From Paraspadella gotoi (lineage: Eukaryota > Animalia > Chaetognatha): 64,000 nt of DNA. Where the stretch lies: positions 62,001 through 126,000 of the forward strand of contig JBJCIZ010000035.1 of the NCBI GenBank assembly GCA_051294375.1. The letters run 5' to 3'. Shown here in pieces: positions 11,205-22,059 of the stretch. Made by a program: the position numbers and the translations under genes. The notes below the pieces were generated by a model. The model was not told the origin of the DNA, made no database searches, and saw only the letters and a program-made list of their open reading frames with translations. Positions within the stretch are counted from its first letter, which is position 1; every line of letters begins with the position of its first letter.

Positions 11205-12405
11205 CTTCTTTGTTCTTTTTAAAAATGGAAAAAAAGTGAGAAAAAGTAAAATTAGAAAGATTATTTATTTTTTTATTAGCAAAATAGAATATTATTGCAT
11301 GTAAGAATTTTATTTGCAAGAAATTATATGCAGATGCATATTATATTTCAAAATATTCTTTGATGTAAATGTATAAAATTAGCTGAAAGGAAAAACGAAA
11401 ACAATTAGGAGAAAGTAAGTAAAAAAAATACTGGAAGGGCAGAAAAAAATGATAAGAGATTAGGATAGAAAAAAGTTTAAAGGGTTGAAAATAACAAAAG
11501 AAAAAAAGGGAAAAAATGTAGAAGAGAAAAAAGGCCAAAAAAATAGTAAGAAAGGGAGAAGATAATAAGAGAGGACAGGAAAATAAACTTTTCTCTTAAA
11601 AAATCCAAGTTTTCATAACAAAAAATAACAAAAAGCATACTTGAAAATTAAACGAATTTAACCGTTAAAATAAATATATTAACGGTTAAGTTAAAATTAT
11701 TTTTAACCGTTAATAACCGTTAACTGTTAACGGTTATCGAAACTCTAGTTCTGACATGATATAAGTGAATGCCCGACAAGAACGGACCGACAAAGTGAAT
11801 TATAGAGTCGGGATCTGCTGATAAGCAGATCCGACTAAAAACGAAGTTTCTCTCTCTGTAAATTTTGAGGTGAACAAACAAAGATATCAGACCGACAGGT
11901 CAAATACGACCCTGATAGAACCAAAAACGTCAACGAGAGCGAAAGAAAAAGAGTTTAAAATGTAGGAGGCGAGGCATAATATTTCACACTCATTGTCATC
12001 TGTCCTCACCTAAAGCTCTCTCAGTGTGTCTCTCGCTCTCCCTCTCAATGTCTCTCTCTCTGTGCCTCTGTCTCTCTCTTCCACTCTCTCACTATCGTCG
12101 TGAGAGAAGTAAGAAATTGACTACTGAACTGTCACTAGCAAATTATTTTGCAATTATCAAACTGAATAAATGATAGAAAGAGTTGACTTCCATGAGGGAA
12201 AAAAATTCTTTGGCCGGTAAATAGGTTTTAATATGTAATATGACCTCCCGAGGACTGAATAAAAAGATTATTGTATCTCAAATCGTTAAGCTTTGTCTCA
12301 ATACAGGGTCCCACCCCTGTAGGTATGCTTTAAGATTTCACGACTTGCCAATATTTGTATGATATTTTAATGTTGAAGTCTTAGCCAACTTTTTTCTTCT
12401 TCCAG

Positions 12406-12584
12406 CCTCATCAATGATGGCGACGTCAGTGACCGGGAACCCGATTTGGGATTCACTGGGGTGCTGCGGCGTGGGTTCTCTTTTAGGCGGAGTGGCAGCT
12501 TTCATCATCTACTCCAACACGGTCGTTCTTGTGGGACGATCTATACCCGAGGAAAAAAAAATCACCATCTCCAATCATCTCGAG
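12406..12584 (+). CDS. SLC30A9: ZnT9/SLC30A9 penultimate exon
   Basis: Pyrimidine tract plus AG acceptor, GT donor at 12585; SSMMATSVTGNPIWDSLGCCGVGSLLGGVAAFIIYSNTVVLVGRSIPEEKKITISNHLE matches the last TM region of ZnT9 and joins in frame to the 28233 exon. Confidence 0.92.
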
Positions 12585-12857
12585 GTTGTTATTATTTGCA
12601 TTTGGAAGTCATGAAATTAATCGTTACGATTGAGCTCATTTAAGTAAGTAGTAAGGCGGGCCAAAATTTTAAAATTATTATTGAAGGAAGTAGGCGTGGT
12701 TAATTGAGGAGAAATTAGAGAAGTTTTATTAACATTAAACACACGAGGAGATAACGATAATTGATGGAGATTAGGCAGAATAAACAGACAGTAAACAAAT
12801 ACATTTAATAAATAAGCTATCTTGCCCCTGACTTTGAATAGGGAAATCTGGCGTTAA

Positions 12858-14051
12858 GGCCTGGGATCATTCAAACAAGAATTGCATAAAGCTTTGTACA
12901 ATTTATTATTATGTCAAAGAAAGTGTATTCCCTTCACGTTTCAAAAAAAAAAACTAAATTTGATTAAGGTTCAGCTTCAAGAGGCAACTAAAAATCGGGC
13001 AATTTTTTTTATCAGTAAACCTTAAAAATTTCATCCAACACGGTAAAGTCATTTTTAAACGCAAATTTTTAATTTTTTTTTCAATTAACAGCACCTACCT
13101 CAGTGTAATACTAACAACTAAAACCAAGTCATTCCAATTATGTTGAATGATGAATGATGAAAACAAACGTTTATGTAGAGAGAGAGCAGAACGCTTATAT
13201 GAGGATGTCTATTATCATTTTATTACAAAAAAGAATGATTAAAAATTGTAAAATTTTAAAATTCAAAGACATTCGTCCCCTGGCATCTGAAGTTGGGTCC
13301 ACTTTGATAACAACCCTCAATGGTGCCCTAGACTGCCACAGATTCCACAGACGAACCAGCCTCATGCTCTGCTTTTGACATTTAGTTTCTGTTCCCCAGG
13401 TTCAAAACTGTTTCAAAACAAGACTGAGAAAAAAAAATAAACACTTTGCAGCATTCCTCCTTGTTTACTGACTGCTTTCCCCATCCACAGCCATTTGTTA
13501 ATTTAAAAAAAATTGTACAAAATTTGGATAAAACTTTAAAGATCGGTAAAGCTATCATTTAAACTAGAAATGAAAATAGATTTCGGAAAAGCGTATTGAT
13601 TTTAAATTCTTTGCTCGACTTTCAGTTCTGTAAAATCTACAGAAAAAAAATAAAAATAAAAAATAAATAAACAAAAAGAGTTGGAGCTAAAACCGTTTGA
13701 AATAAAAATAAACTAAAATTATTTTTTATAAGTATGGAAAGGTGGGAGAAATTCTATGAGAGGGATTTTGGAAAATGTTACTAGTTTTCAAGATATTTAG
13801 AATTTAATGCCAAAATTTTCTTATTCTTTTTTTTTCTTATGAAGATAAGTGAAAATCCCTTTAGCCGTTTGGGCCGCAACTCTTCCAAAAGGTTTCTTTT
13901 ATTTTATATAGTATTATAAAATTCGAAAAAACAGCAATGGATTCGAAGAGAAGATAAAGTGAATACATTTTCAGAATCAACTGGACCTCTACTTTTCGAA
14001 TATAAGCTTTATTTAATCCTAATTATAACTTTTGGCCAGTGATCCCAGACC
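12858..14051. mobile_element. Non-autonomous DNA transposon with TTAA TSD (Kolobok-like)
   Basis: TTAA-GGCCTGGGATCA...TGATCCCAGACC-TTAA; related left end at ~57092 and internal match at ~62476-62585. Confidence 0.75.
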
Positions 14052-15483
14052 TTAAGCGTCCGAGATAAAAATTAGCGAATAAAAAAGTTATTTTACTCAC
14101 TGAATAAAAATACTTAAAATACTTAAAAAATACATAAAATTGATAAAATTATTATTGCGATAACATAGTTCAATCACATGCAATATATCTAGTGCCTTTT
14201 TTTCATTGAAATCGATAGATATTAACTACAAATATAGAATTAATTTTTCTCGTTGATATAATAAGAGAACCGAACTTCCGTCACTTGATGTCCTCAGGTT
14301 ACTAGTAAATATGCGTTTGAGGATTCCAAATGTTTTTAAAATTGACCTACGTAGACGCGCATAGACGCAATATGCCTTGAAAGCAAGTTGTTCCGTTACA
14401 TCTAAGAATGGAATTGTTATTAGCTTATAAAAAAATCCGAAAGAACAAAGCGGTTTCTGATAATTTTGGTTCCTAGCAATTTTTGCACCAGTTGCGCAGT
14501 AAATGTTACAAAACCATGGATGATTTCTGAAACTGCAGTGTTTGGGCTATCCAACGCCGCCGGAACAAAAAAAATCCATAAGGGTTTTGATTAAAAAATA
14601 CTGAAAATAAACCCGGCGGTTAGTCTGAATTCTTTTTAATTTTTTTTTTATTTTGCAGTATTTGCTGTACAAATCAAATAAATATACAGCGGTCATGCAC
14701 TGATTCCGATTCTGTTGGGTTTAGCCTATCTTTCAAGCACATAACAATAAAAATAAATTGACGTCATAGTAAGAAATAATAGCAATTAATCCAAATTTTT
14801 TTCTCACAATTTGTTGTCATTTTTGTTTCTTACCGTTTTTGCCAAACATGCCCTTAAAAATTATAAAAATTGATCTGGCAAGCGCCTGTTACCTCTCTAA
14901 ACCTTGAAATATAATAATGAGAATTTTCTTCATGATTTCAAGACATTATACTAAATAGAGATGTGCATCGTTCGAATCGAAGCTCCGATCAAGATTCCTT
15001 TATATTTCACTTCTATTCAAAACTGCATAGTCAAGGCCAAAACAAATTATGTCAATATGGGCAGATTTTGAAAGCTTGGCGTCTTGGGAAGCCAATGGAG
15101 GTAGAGCGCGATCAAAATTCCCATTTTATTATGCCCAAAATGGTATTTAAATGGACTGGTCAGGCCGTTTTTTCCCTATTCCAAGAAAACCTCCTGGCTC
15201 TTGAGTAAAAAAGACCAAATCATACATATCAGTACAGTTTCCGAAACCTTATTGTCTTCTCTACATGATGAAAAAAAGCAAATTCTTGCAATCTTAATTG
15301 CTTGATAGCGCAATCAAATGAACTGGTTTTTTAGGTGAAAACTGCATAGTAAGGCGTAGTGAAAGTTACATACGAAAATTCTAAAAGTCAATTATGAACA
15401 ACATACCATCAGTGAACATTAATTTATAAAAAAAATTAATTTTATGTTTTTAATTTTTGCAGTAGGCTATAATTATATATATA

Positions 15484-15647
15484 TGTAAGCATTAGCTAAA
15501 ATAAAAGGAGACAGGATTTGATCTCGTGACTTAGAGGTCGCAGTCTCAATCGCTACCATTACGCCATCGGGCGTAATTACAAATTGATATCATAAAGTTC
15601 AACATATTTAGTCAATTGATAACTATTATTAATGTATTGTTCTTTTG

Positions 15648-15683
<36 letters not shown>

Positions 15684-15856
15684 AAAAGGTTATTTGGTAA
15701 TTCTATAAACGATCTGTTTTCACTCTGCTTTCTCTCTGAATAAAGCTAAACACCAAAACGTCGACCTTTTTATTCTAACGATAATAATCGTTTACAAGTG
15801 TGATACAAATTACAGAGAATGTAATGTTAAAATATCCGCTCGGTCAGACATCCACA
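15484..15856 (+). repeat. 5' LTR (373 bp)
   Basis: TGTAAGC...TCCACA; differs from the 3' LTR only by a few small changes and CT-repeat length. Confidence 0.97.
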
Positions 15857-15858
15857 AA

Positions 15859-15874
15859 TGGTGAACCCAACATT
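15859..15874 (+). promoter_or_regulatory. Primer-binding site, tRNA-Trp-like
   Basis: TGGTGAACCCAACAT, 2 nt after the LTR; the canonical Trp PBS is TGGTGACCCCGACGT. Confidence 0.7.
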
Positions 15875-16070
15875 CGAAATATTTCTAACCTTCTGATCTT
15901 CAAGAGGGGTGGCGTGACCCCAGACAAGCCTCCTACAGGTCGTCGAAGCCTTCAACGGAAAAACACCTTTTCTCAGGTGGGCAGGAGCGAGTAAATTGAG
16001 AGTTAAGCCTCTCCTGTCGATTAACCATCGATTTCCCCTTCTCTCCCCAAACTTCCTCGGTCAACACCGG

Positions 16071-17210
16071 ATGGTCGACACACGGCAAACAGCTCGCCAA
16101 AGAACTGGCGACGACGACCCGACTGCCTTTTCAGCGCCACCCTCACAGCATCGTCTGGACATCCCTATAGGACGCGGAGGACGCGGAGGACGTGGATCAC
16201 GATCGCCCTCGCCAGGAGCAATCTTTGCTTTTCCTTCGCGCCCGGAGCAATTCGCCAACGTGGTTGGCGAGATGGCATCGAATTTCCATTCATCGGCGGA
16301 TTCGTCAGAAGTCAACGAATTGCGCGCCGCACTACAGCAATCGCAGGCGGCAACAGCGGCGGCGACGGCGGCATTAGAGCGGGCTCTTCGACCCAAGAAA
16401 CCAGAGCTCCCGCCGTTCGACAAAACAAACGTAGAGATTTGGATTCGTCGTGTAGAGGCAGCATATACACGTGCCAACATTGTCACCGCGAAAGATAAAT
16501 TCGCTTTTCTGGAAAATAAATTCACAGTCGACACCGACGAACGAGTAAATAATTTTCTCTTTGGCGAAGCAACGGAGGAAGCTTGGGCGACATTTCTCTC
16601 CTATTTGCGTCGTGAATACGGTCTCTCCCGCCAAAAGCAAGCGTCCACGTTATTAGATGGCGTTGAGCGTGACGGAATGAAACCATCTAGACTCTTAGCC
16701 AGGATTGAGCAAAGATCAAAGGATGTATCGGTAGATGACATCAGGAAAGAGATGGTGAAAAGAAAACTCCCTACAGAAATTCAACGCGCCCTCGCCGATC
16801 GCATCGATGATGCATCCGCAGCAGAATACGCTGCCGCAGCGGACAAATTCTTTGATAATGAAGGACGCCCTCTCCATCCTTCGACAGCACCAACAGTCAA
16901 CGCCGTGAATCCCGAGGAGAATGACATTGACGACGCTTATTCGGACGACGAGTGTGGAATCAATTCAGTACGTCAAAGGAAGCCTCCCTTTAACAAACGC
17001 GGTTACAGCAAGGAGAGCAGCACTACAGAGAATGTCGCGGCCCCGCCACAAGGCGCTTCTCTTGCTTCACGGCCAAACCAATTAAAAACCCTTTGCTCTT
17101 TCCACGCGCGATTTGGGAAGAAGGCAAAAAATTGCAGACCAGGATGCGATTATTTCAGCAACTTTAAGAGTAAGCCAGCGGAAAACGCAAACGGGGGCCG
17201 GCGATGGTGA
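16071..17210 (+). CDS. gag: Gag
   Basis: First ATG at 16071 in the 15996-17210 ORF; C-terminal Cx2Hx9Cx3C motif (CSFHARFGKKAKNCRPGC) typical of CsRN1-clade gag. Confidence 0.93.
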   Translation: MVDTRQTARQRTGDDDPTAFSAPPSQHRLDIPIGRGGRGGRGSRSPSPGAIFAFPSRPEQFANVVGEMASNFHSSADSSEVNELRAALQQSQAATAAATAALERALRPKKPELPPFDKTNVEIWIRRVEAAYTRANIVTAKDKFAFLENKFTVDTDERVNNFLFGEATEEAWATFLSYLRREYGLSRQKQASTLLDGVERDGMKPSRLLARIEQRSKDVSVDDIRKEMVKRKLPTEIQRALADRIDDASAAEYAAAADKFFDNEGRPLHPSTAPTVNAVNPEENDIDDAYSDDECGINSVRQRKPPFNKRGYSKESSTTENVAAPPQGASLASRPNQLKTLCSFHARFGKKAKNCRPGCDYFSNFKSKPAENANGGRRW

Positions 17211-20200
17211 ACGCCGTCCCCCAAGGGCAAAAAATTAATTCACCGGCCTCTTCAACTCTTCTTTACGTCGTCGACGCTTCCGACGGCAGATTTTGGCTGG
17301 TGGATGGGGGTGCATTGGTTTCCCTTATTCCACCAACCCCTGAACAACGCGAGGCCGGCCCAGAAGCCCATACGCGCCTCCAAGCAGCCAACGGGACTCC
17401 AATCAACTGTTATGGAACCAAGATTGTCAATGTAACTCTTGGGCCAAGAATTTTTCCTTTCGAGGTGGTGGTTGCCGACGTCAAACAAAGTATTCTCGGC
17501 GCCGATTTTCTCGCCGAAAATTACTTGGCACCCAACCATCGTGACGGCGTACTATTGGATCTAAAAGATTATTCCACAATTGCTGCCGCACCTGCCCCTT
17601 TTGCTTTAAGTTCTCACGTTCATTTTGTCGACGAGACGGGAAACAAATTCTATCAGCTCCTTGATAGGTATCCTTCTCTCTCGGTCCCAACTTTCGAGCC
17701 AAAGCCTCCAAAACACGGAATAAAACATTATATTCCAACTACAGGAAGGCCATGCCAGTCTCGCGCGCGCCGCCTTGACCCTGAGAAACTTGCAGTTGCC
17801 AAGGCAGAAATGGACAAACTTGTCGCACTTGGTATTGCACAAAGGGACAAAAGCGAATGGTCATCACCTCTGCATGTGGTAGCCAAAGCTGATGGTGGAT
17901 GGCGCTGCTGTGGCGACTTTCGGCGCCTGAATTCCTTAACAACAGATGACAAATATCCTGTCAAACTGTTAGCCGACTTTAATGCAAATTTGGCTGGGAA
18001 AAAAATCTTTTCAAAGATTGACCTCCTAAAAGGGTACCATCAGATACCAGTGGCTGAGGAAGATATCAAGAAAACAGCCGTGATCACACCATTTGGCCTC
18101 TTCACTTTCCCTCGTTGCCCATTTGGATTGAAAAACGCAGGGCAGGATTTTCAACGCCTCATGGATGAAATCCTGGGAGACCTGCCTTATTGTTATGTGT
18201 ATCTGGACGATATCCTCGTCGCCTCAGATAACCCAGAAGAACATCAACAACACCTGGAGGAAGTCTTCAAGAACCTTTCTGACAACGGCCTCGTTGTTAA
18301 CAGAAAGAAATGTGTCCTTGGTCAGTCATCCTTAGAGTTCTTGGGTTATACTGTCGATTCCACTGGCATCAAACCACTTCAAAATCGTGTTGAAGTAATT
18401 CGTAAGACAGTGAAGCCAAACACTGTGAAGGAGCTGCAGCGTTTTCTTGGCGTAATAAATTATTACCGCCGCTTTATGCCTCGCGTTGCCCATACATGCA
18501 CACCCCTTTACGAGGCATTAAAAGGAAAGCCCAAGACACTAAAATGGACTGCAGAATGTACCCGTGCCTTTGAAGAGATAAAGGAAACTTTAGCAAAGGC
18601 CGTCCTTCTTCACCATCCTCGTACGGGTGCCCAATTGGCGCTCACAACGGACGCCTCTGACCATGCAATAGGAGCTGTCTTGGAACAAAGAGGAGACAAA
18701 GGATGGGAGCCACTGGCATTTTTCAGTGCCAAGCTTGAGACGAATCAGCGCAAATGGCCGCCATTCGAACGCGAATTATATGGCGCTTTTCGGGCCATTC
18801 GCCACTTTCGTCATTGGCTTGAAGGAAGGGCATTCACCCTGTATACAGACCACCAAAGCCTCATCTCAGCCCTTCACAAAAAGACGGAACCACAAACGGC
18901 AAGACAAACTTTCCAGTTGTCGGCAATCGCCGAATTTACAACAGACATTCGTCATTTGGAAGGAAAGGCCAATGTGGTGGCCGACGCCCTGTCACGCCCC
19001 ACATCATCACCAACAGTTGCTGCAGCCACTAACGTCCTGCCGAATGCCAATGATGACCTGCAACCGACAAGCTCAGCCCATCAGATCAGCGATGAGAAAA
19101 GGCAAGAATTGGATGGTTTTGTCTCGGCAATTAGCAACTTTGACATAGATTTGGAATTAATGGCCCAAGAGCAAGCATTGGATCCAGACCTCCAACAACT
19201 AATCAATGGAAGCAGCACAAGCTTAGCCTTCAAACGCGTCAAAATCGGCAACACAGATTTAATTGTAGACCTATCGAATGGCCCAGCCCGACCGTTTGTT
19301 CCTTTTTCCTGGAGGAGAAAGATTTTCAATACAATCCACAATTTAGGCCACCCAGGAGTGGCGCGCACAAGGCAGGCTGTAACAGCCAAATTTGTCTGGC
19401 CATCTGTTCGTCAAGATGTCTCAAAATGGGCCCGCGAGTGCCAATCTTGCCAGGCCACAAAAGTGCAACGAAACACCGTGCCTGATATTGGCGAATTTGT
19501 AGTTCCAAACAAAAGGTTTCAGCACTTACACATTGATTTGGTAAAAATGCCATCATCCAATGGTTTCAAGCACCTCCTTACCATTGTGGACAGATTTTCT
19601 CGCTGGCCTACTGCCATCCCTCTTTCCGACACCCTTGCTGTAACTGTTGTTGATGCTTTTGCATATGGTTGGGTGTCTATGTTTGGCATACCAGCAACCA
19701 TAACAACAGACCGAGGATCCCAATTTACTTCAGCTATGTGGGAGCAGATGAGCAAGGTATGGGGCATTAAAAGGCAACCAACTACAGCCTATCACCCAGA
19801 GGCAAATGGCATGGTGGAGCGATTTCATCGTAGACTAAAAGAATCACTGACGGCGATAGCGAGGGACGAACCTGAAAAATGGTTTTGGAGACTACCAATG
19901 GCGCTGCTGTCAATACGAACAACGATCAAAGCTGATTTAAAGGCATCGCCAGCAGAACTCGTCTTTGGCGAGGGAGTTGCCGTCCCTGGAGACATTCTCA
20001 GCCAACCAGAAAATGACGAGAGAAATCTTGAGGCGGATCGTCGTAACCTTCTCTCCAACCTCCGCCTGGAAATCGATCGACTTCAACCCACAAAAACGTC
20101 AAGACATCGTCAACCGAATGTTTTCGTTCCGGAAGATCTTGCAACCGCAACACACATTTTTGTCCGTCGCGGCGGTATCACTCCTCCACTCACCGCCGCA

Positions 20201-20671
20201 TATGAAGGACCCTACCGAGTCATCGCGAGAGGAGAAACAAACTTTCAAGTCGAATTTCCCGGAAGAGGAGCCGATAACGTCGCCATAGCGAGAATTAAAC
20301 CTGCATTCATCAATAACGACGACGAAAGAGAACAAACAGCAACTGCAACGCCTCCATCAAATCCGCCTCCCGGACGTCGCTCAAGAAGGGGCGATCGACC
20401 CCCTGAATCGACCAGGAGCACTCGCGTAACGAGACGCGAGACTCATCCTTCCGTTTCTCCCCCATTACCCCCACTTCCCCCTCTTCCCCCAATTACTTCT
20501 CCTTCCCTCCTTCCCCTTCCTTCCACTATTAACCCTTCTCCCCTTCACCCTCCGCTTACAACTTCTCCGTCAACGAATTCAAGAGAAAAAGGGCAAACAG
20601 AGGAACCCCGACGGCCTTTCCGACAATTACCAGTTAATTGCCCGTACCAACTACTCCTAGACCGCTGGTAA
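17174..20671 (+). CDS. pol: Pol (protease, RT, RNase H, integrase), -1 frame relative to gag
   Basis: LVDGGA, YLDD, TDAS/ADALSR, HHCC zinc finger, DDE core (HIDLV, TDRG, ERFHR), GPY; frame is open from the stop at 17171-17173. Confidence 0.98.
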   Translation, partial: ASGKRKRGPAMVNAVPQGQKINSPASSTLLYVVDASDGRFWLVDGGALVSLIPPTPEQREAGPEAHTRLQAANGTPINCYGTKIVNVTLGPRIFPFEVVVADVKQSILGADFLAENYLAPNHRDGVLLDLKDYSTIAAAPAPFALSSHVHFVDETGNKFYQLLDRYPSLSVPTFEPKPPKHGIKHYIPTTGRPCQSRARRLDPEKLAVAKAEMDKLVALGIAQRDKSEWSSPLHVVAKADGGWRCCGDFRRLNSLTTDDKYPVKLLADFNANLAGKKIFSKIDLLKGYHQIPVAEEDIKKTAVITPFGLFTFPRCPFGLKNAGQDFQRLMDEILGDLPYCYVYLDDILVASDNPEEHQQHLEEVFKNLSDNGLVVNRKKCVLGQSSLEFLGYTVDSTGIKPLQNRVEVIRKTVKPNTVKELQRFLGVINYYRRFMPRVAHTCTPLYEALKGKPKTLKWTAECTRAFEEIKETLAKAVLLHHPRTGAQLALTTDASDHAIGAVLEQRGDKGWEPLAFFSAKLETNQRKWPPFERELYGAFRAIRHFRHWLEGRAFTLYTDHQSLISALHKKTEPQTARQTFQLSAIAEFTTDIRHLEGKANVVADALSRPTSSPTVAAATNVLPNANDDLQPTSSAHQISDEKRQELDGFVSAISNFDIDLELMAQEQALDPDLQQLINGSSTSLAFKRVKIGNTDLIVDLSNGPARPFVPFSWRRKIFNTIHNLGHPGVARTRQAVTAKFVWPSVRQDVSKWARECQSCQATKVQRNTVPDIGEFVVPNKRFQHLHIDLVKMPSSNGFKHLLTIVDRFSRWPTAIPLSDTLAVTVVDAFAYGWVSMFGIPATITTDRGSQFTSAMWEQMSKVWGIKRQPTTAYHPEANGMVERFHRRLKESLTAIARDEPEKWFWRLPMALLSIRTTIKADLKASPAELVFGEGVAVPGDILSQPENDERNLEADRRNLLSNLRLEIDRLQPTKTSRHRQPNVFVPEDLATATHIFVRRGGITPPLTAAYEGPYRVIARGETNFQVEFPGRGADNVAIARIKPAFINNDDEREQTATATPPSNPPPGRRSRRGDRPPESTRSTRVTRRETHPSVSPPLPPLPPLPPITSPSLLPLPSTINPSPLHPPLTTSPSTNSREKGQTEEPRRPFRQLPVNCPYQLLLDRW
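17180..17244 (+). promoter_or_regulatory. -1 ribosomal frameshift signal (slippery site plus pseudoknot)
   Basis: G GAA AAC at 17180-17186, 6-nt spacer, stem GGGGG-C-CGGCG / CGCCG-T-CCCCC, loop GGTGAA complementary to TTCACC at 17239-17244. Confidence 0.8.
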
Positions 20672-21028
20672 ACGCCGTCCCGTCATATGCGGCAGTACTG
20701 AAAGAGATTCTACGCCGTCAGAATACTAAAGATAACAACTCTGAGCCAACACCTCCGTGAAAGATTTTGATTTTGTATATTTTCCTTTTTAAATTTAATT
20801 TAGTATATTGAAACCGAAACGTTTAAATTTTAAAACGTTCCAATATTTAAAAATTGTTAATTCTTTTTGTGTATAATTGTTAGGCGAATTCGTTCGTCAA
20901 GATTTGTAGATTAAGCAACATTGTAAAAACGTAATTGTAAACTATAAATGGTGCTCTTTTACTCAAACGTATTTGTATTTACAAAATCGTAGACGCCACT
21001 TTCCTTATTATTTCCTAAACTGGCATCT

Positions 21029-21035
21029 GGGGGGA
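21029..21035 (+). promoter_or_regulatory. Polypurine tract
   Basis: CT-GGGGGGA immediately before the 3' LTR. Confidence 0.85.
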
Positions 21036-21200
21036 TGTAAGCATTAGCTAAAATAAAAGGAGACAGGATTTGATCTCGTGACTTTAGAGGTCGCAGTCTC
21101 AATCGCTACCATTACGCCATCGGGCGTAATTACAAATTGATATCATAAAGTTCAACATATTTAGTCAATTGATAACTATTATTAATGTATTGTTTCTTTG

Positions 21201-21240
<40 letters not shown>

Positions 21241-21412
21241 AAAAGGTTATTTGGTAATTCTATAAACGATCTGTTTTCACTCTGCTTTCTCTCTGAATAA
21301 AGCTAAACACCAAAACGTCGACCTTTTTATTCTAACGATAATAATCGTTTACAAGTGTGATACAAATTACAGAGAATTAATGTTAAAATATCCGCTCGGT
21401 CAGACATCCACA
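21036..21412 (+). repeat. 3' LTR (377 bp)
   Basis: Near-identical to 15484-15856; followed by TATA. Confidence 0.97.
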
Positions 21413-22059
21413 TATATATCCTTATAAAATCGAAAAATTTCAAAATAGGCTTTTCTTAATTTTGATTGCAGATTTGAATTCCTCGTCAAAAGTTGATAAA
21501 AGAAATATAATTCATTTTTAAAAATTCTTTCATTAAGTGGGTTAAAATTAAAAAAACTATATTTAATATATAAAAAATTAATTTTCAGCTTAAAATATAG
21601 CTTTTTCTAAATTTTGACCCACTTAATGAAGGAATTTTTCAAAAAGAGTTATATTTCTTTTTATCAACTTTTTATGACGAATCCAAATCTGCAAAAAAAT
21701 CTTTAAAAAAACTGTTTTGAAATTTTAACATTTATTGATTTAGTATTAGTATAAATATGGCCTACTGCGTAAATTGTAAAATTTATAATAAATTTTATTA
21801 TTAACTAAATGTTCATTAATATAATATTGTTCGTTCCTCACTTTTAGAATTTTAATTAAAGTTAAATTTAGAAATTTTACTACGCCTTACTGCATAGTCA
21901 AGCCTTCATTTTTTTCAATTTTGAACACAATTGATAGAAACTGTATTGATTTTACTATTCAAATCAGGTAGAGCGGCGGGCTTAATTCAAAAGCGTTTTC
22001 TTAATATCATGCAAAATTTAAAAAGTCTAATAAAAACTTATTAGAAACAAAAATCGTCG

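Larger units (their letters stand above)
9429..11747. mobile_element. Non-autonomous hAT-like element
   Basis: Perfect 8-bp TSD GTTCTGAC (9421-9428, 11748-11755); imperfect TIR TAGGGTTCCGTTAACC / GGTTATCGAAACTCTA; TTAACCG subterminal repeats. Confidence 0.9.
8800..11840 (-). mobile_element. HINE-like element split by a hAT MITE
   Basis: Terminal hairpin AGTCGGGATCTGCTGATAAGCAGATCCGACT at 11806-11836; matching subterminal repeat GTCGGATCTGC at ~8819; sequence continuous across the 9429-11747 insertion. Confidence 0.7.
15484..21412 (+). mobile_element. Full-length Ty3/gypsy LTR retrotransposon, CsRN1 clade
   Basis: Paired TG...CA LTRs, TATA TSD in a TA run, Trp-like PBS, PPT, gag with CHCC motif and uninterrupted PR-RT-RH-IN pol. 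Confidence 0.98.
15350..21889. mobile_element. Foldback MITE (~610 bp net) hosting the CsRN1 insertion
   Basis: TAAGGCGTAGT...ACTACGCCTTA TIRs with perfect 8-bp TSD CTGCATAG; long imperfect arms; core resembles 54090-55065. Confidence 0.85.

Noticed and set aside
15507-15573. Functional tRNA gene
   Set aside because: Acceptor and anticodon stems do not pair properly; kept only as a tRNA-like cassette.
16061-20492. Antisense and alternate-frame ORFs over gag-pol
   Set aside because: Shadows of long GC-balanced coding sequence with no recognisable motifs.
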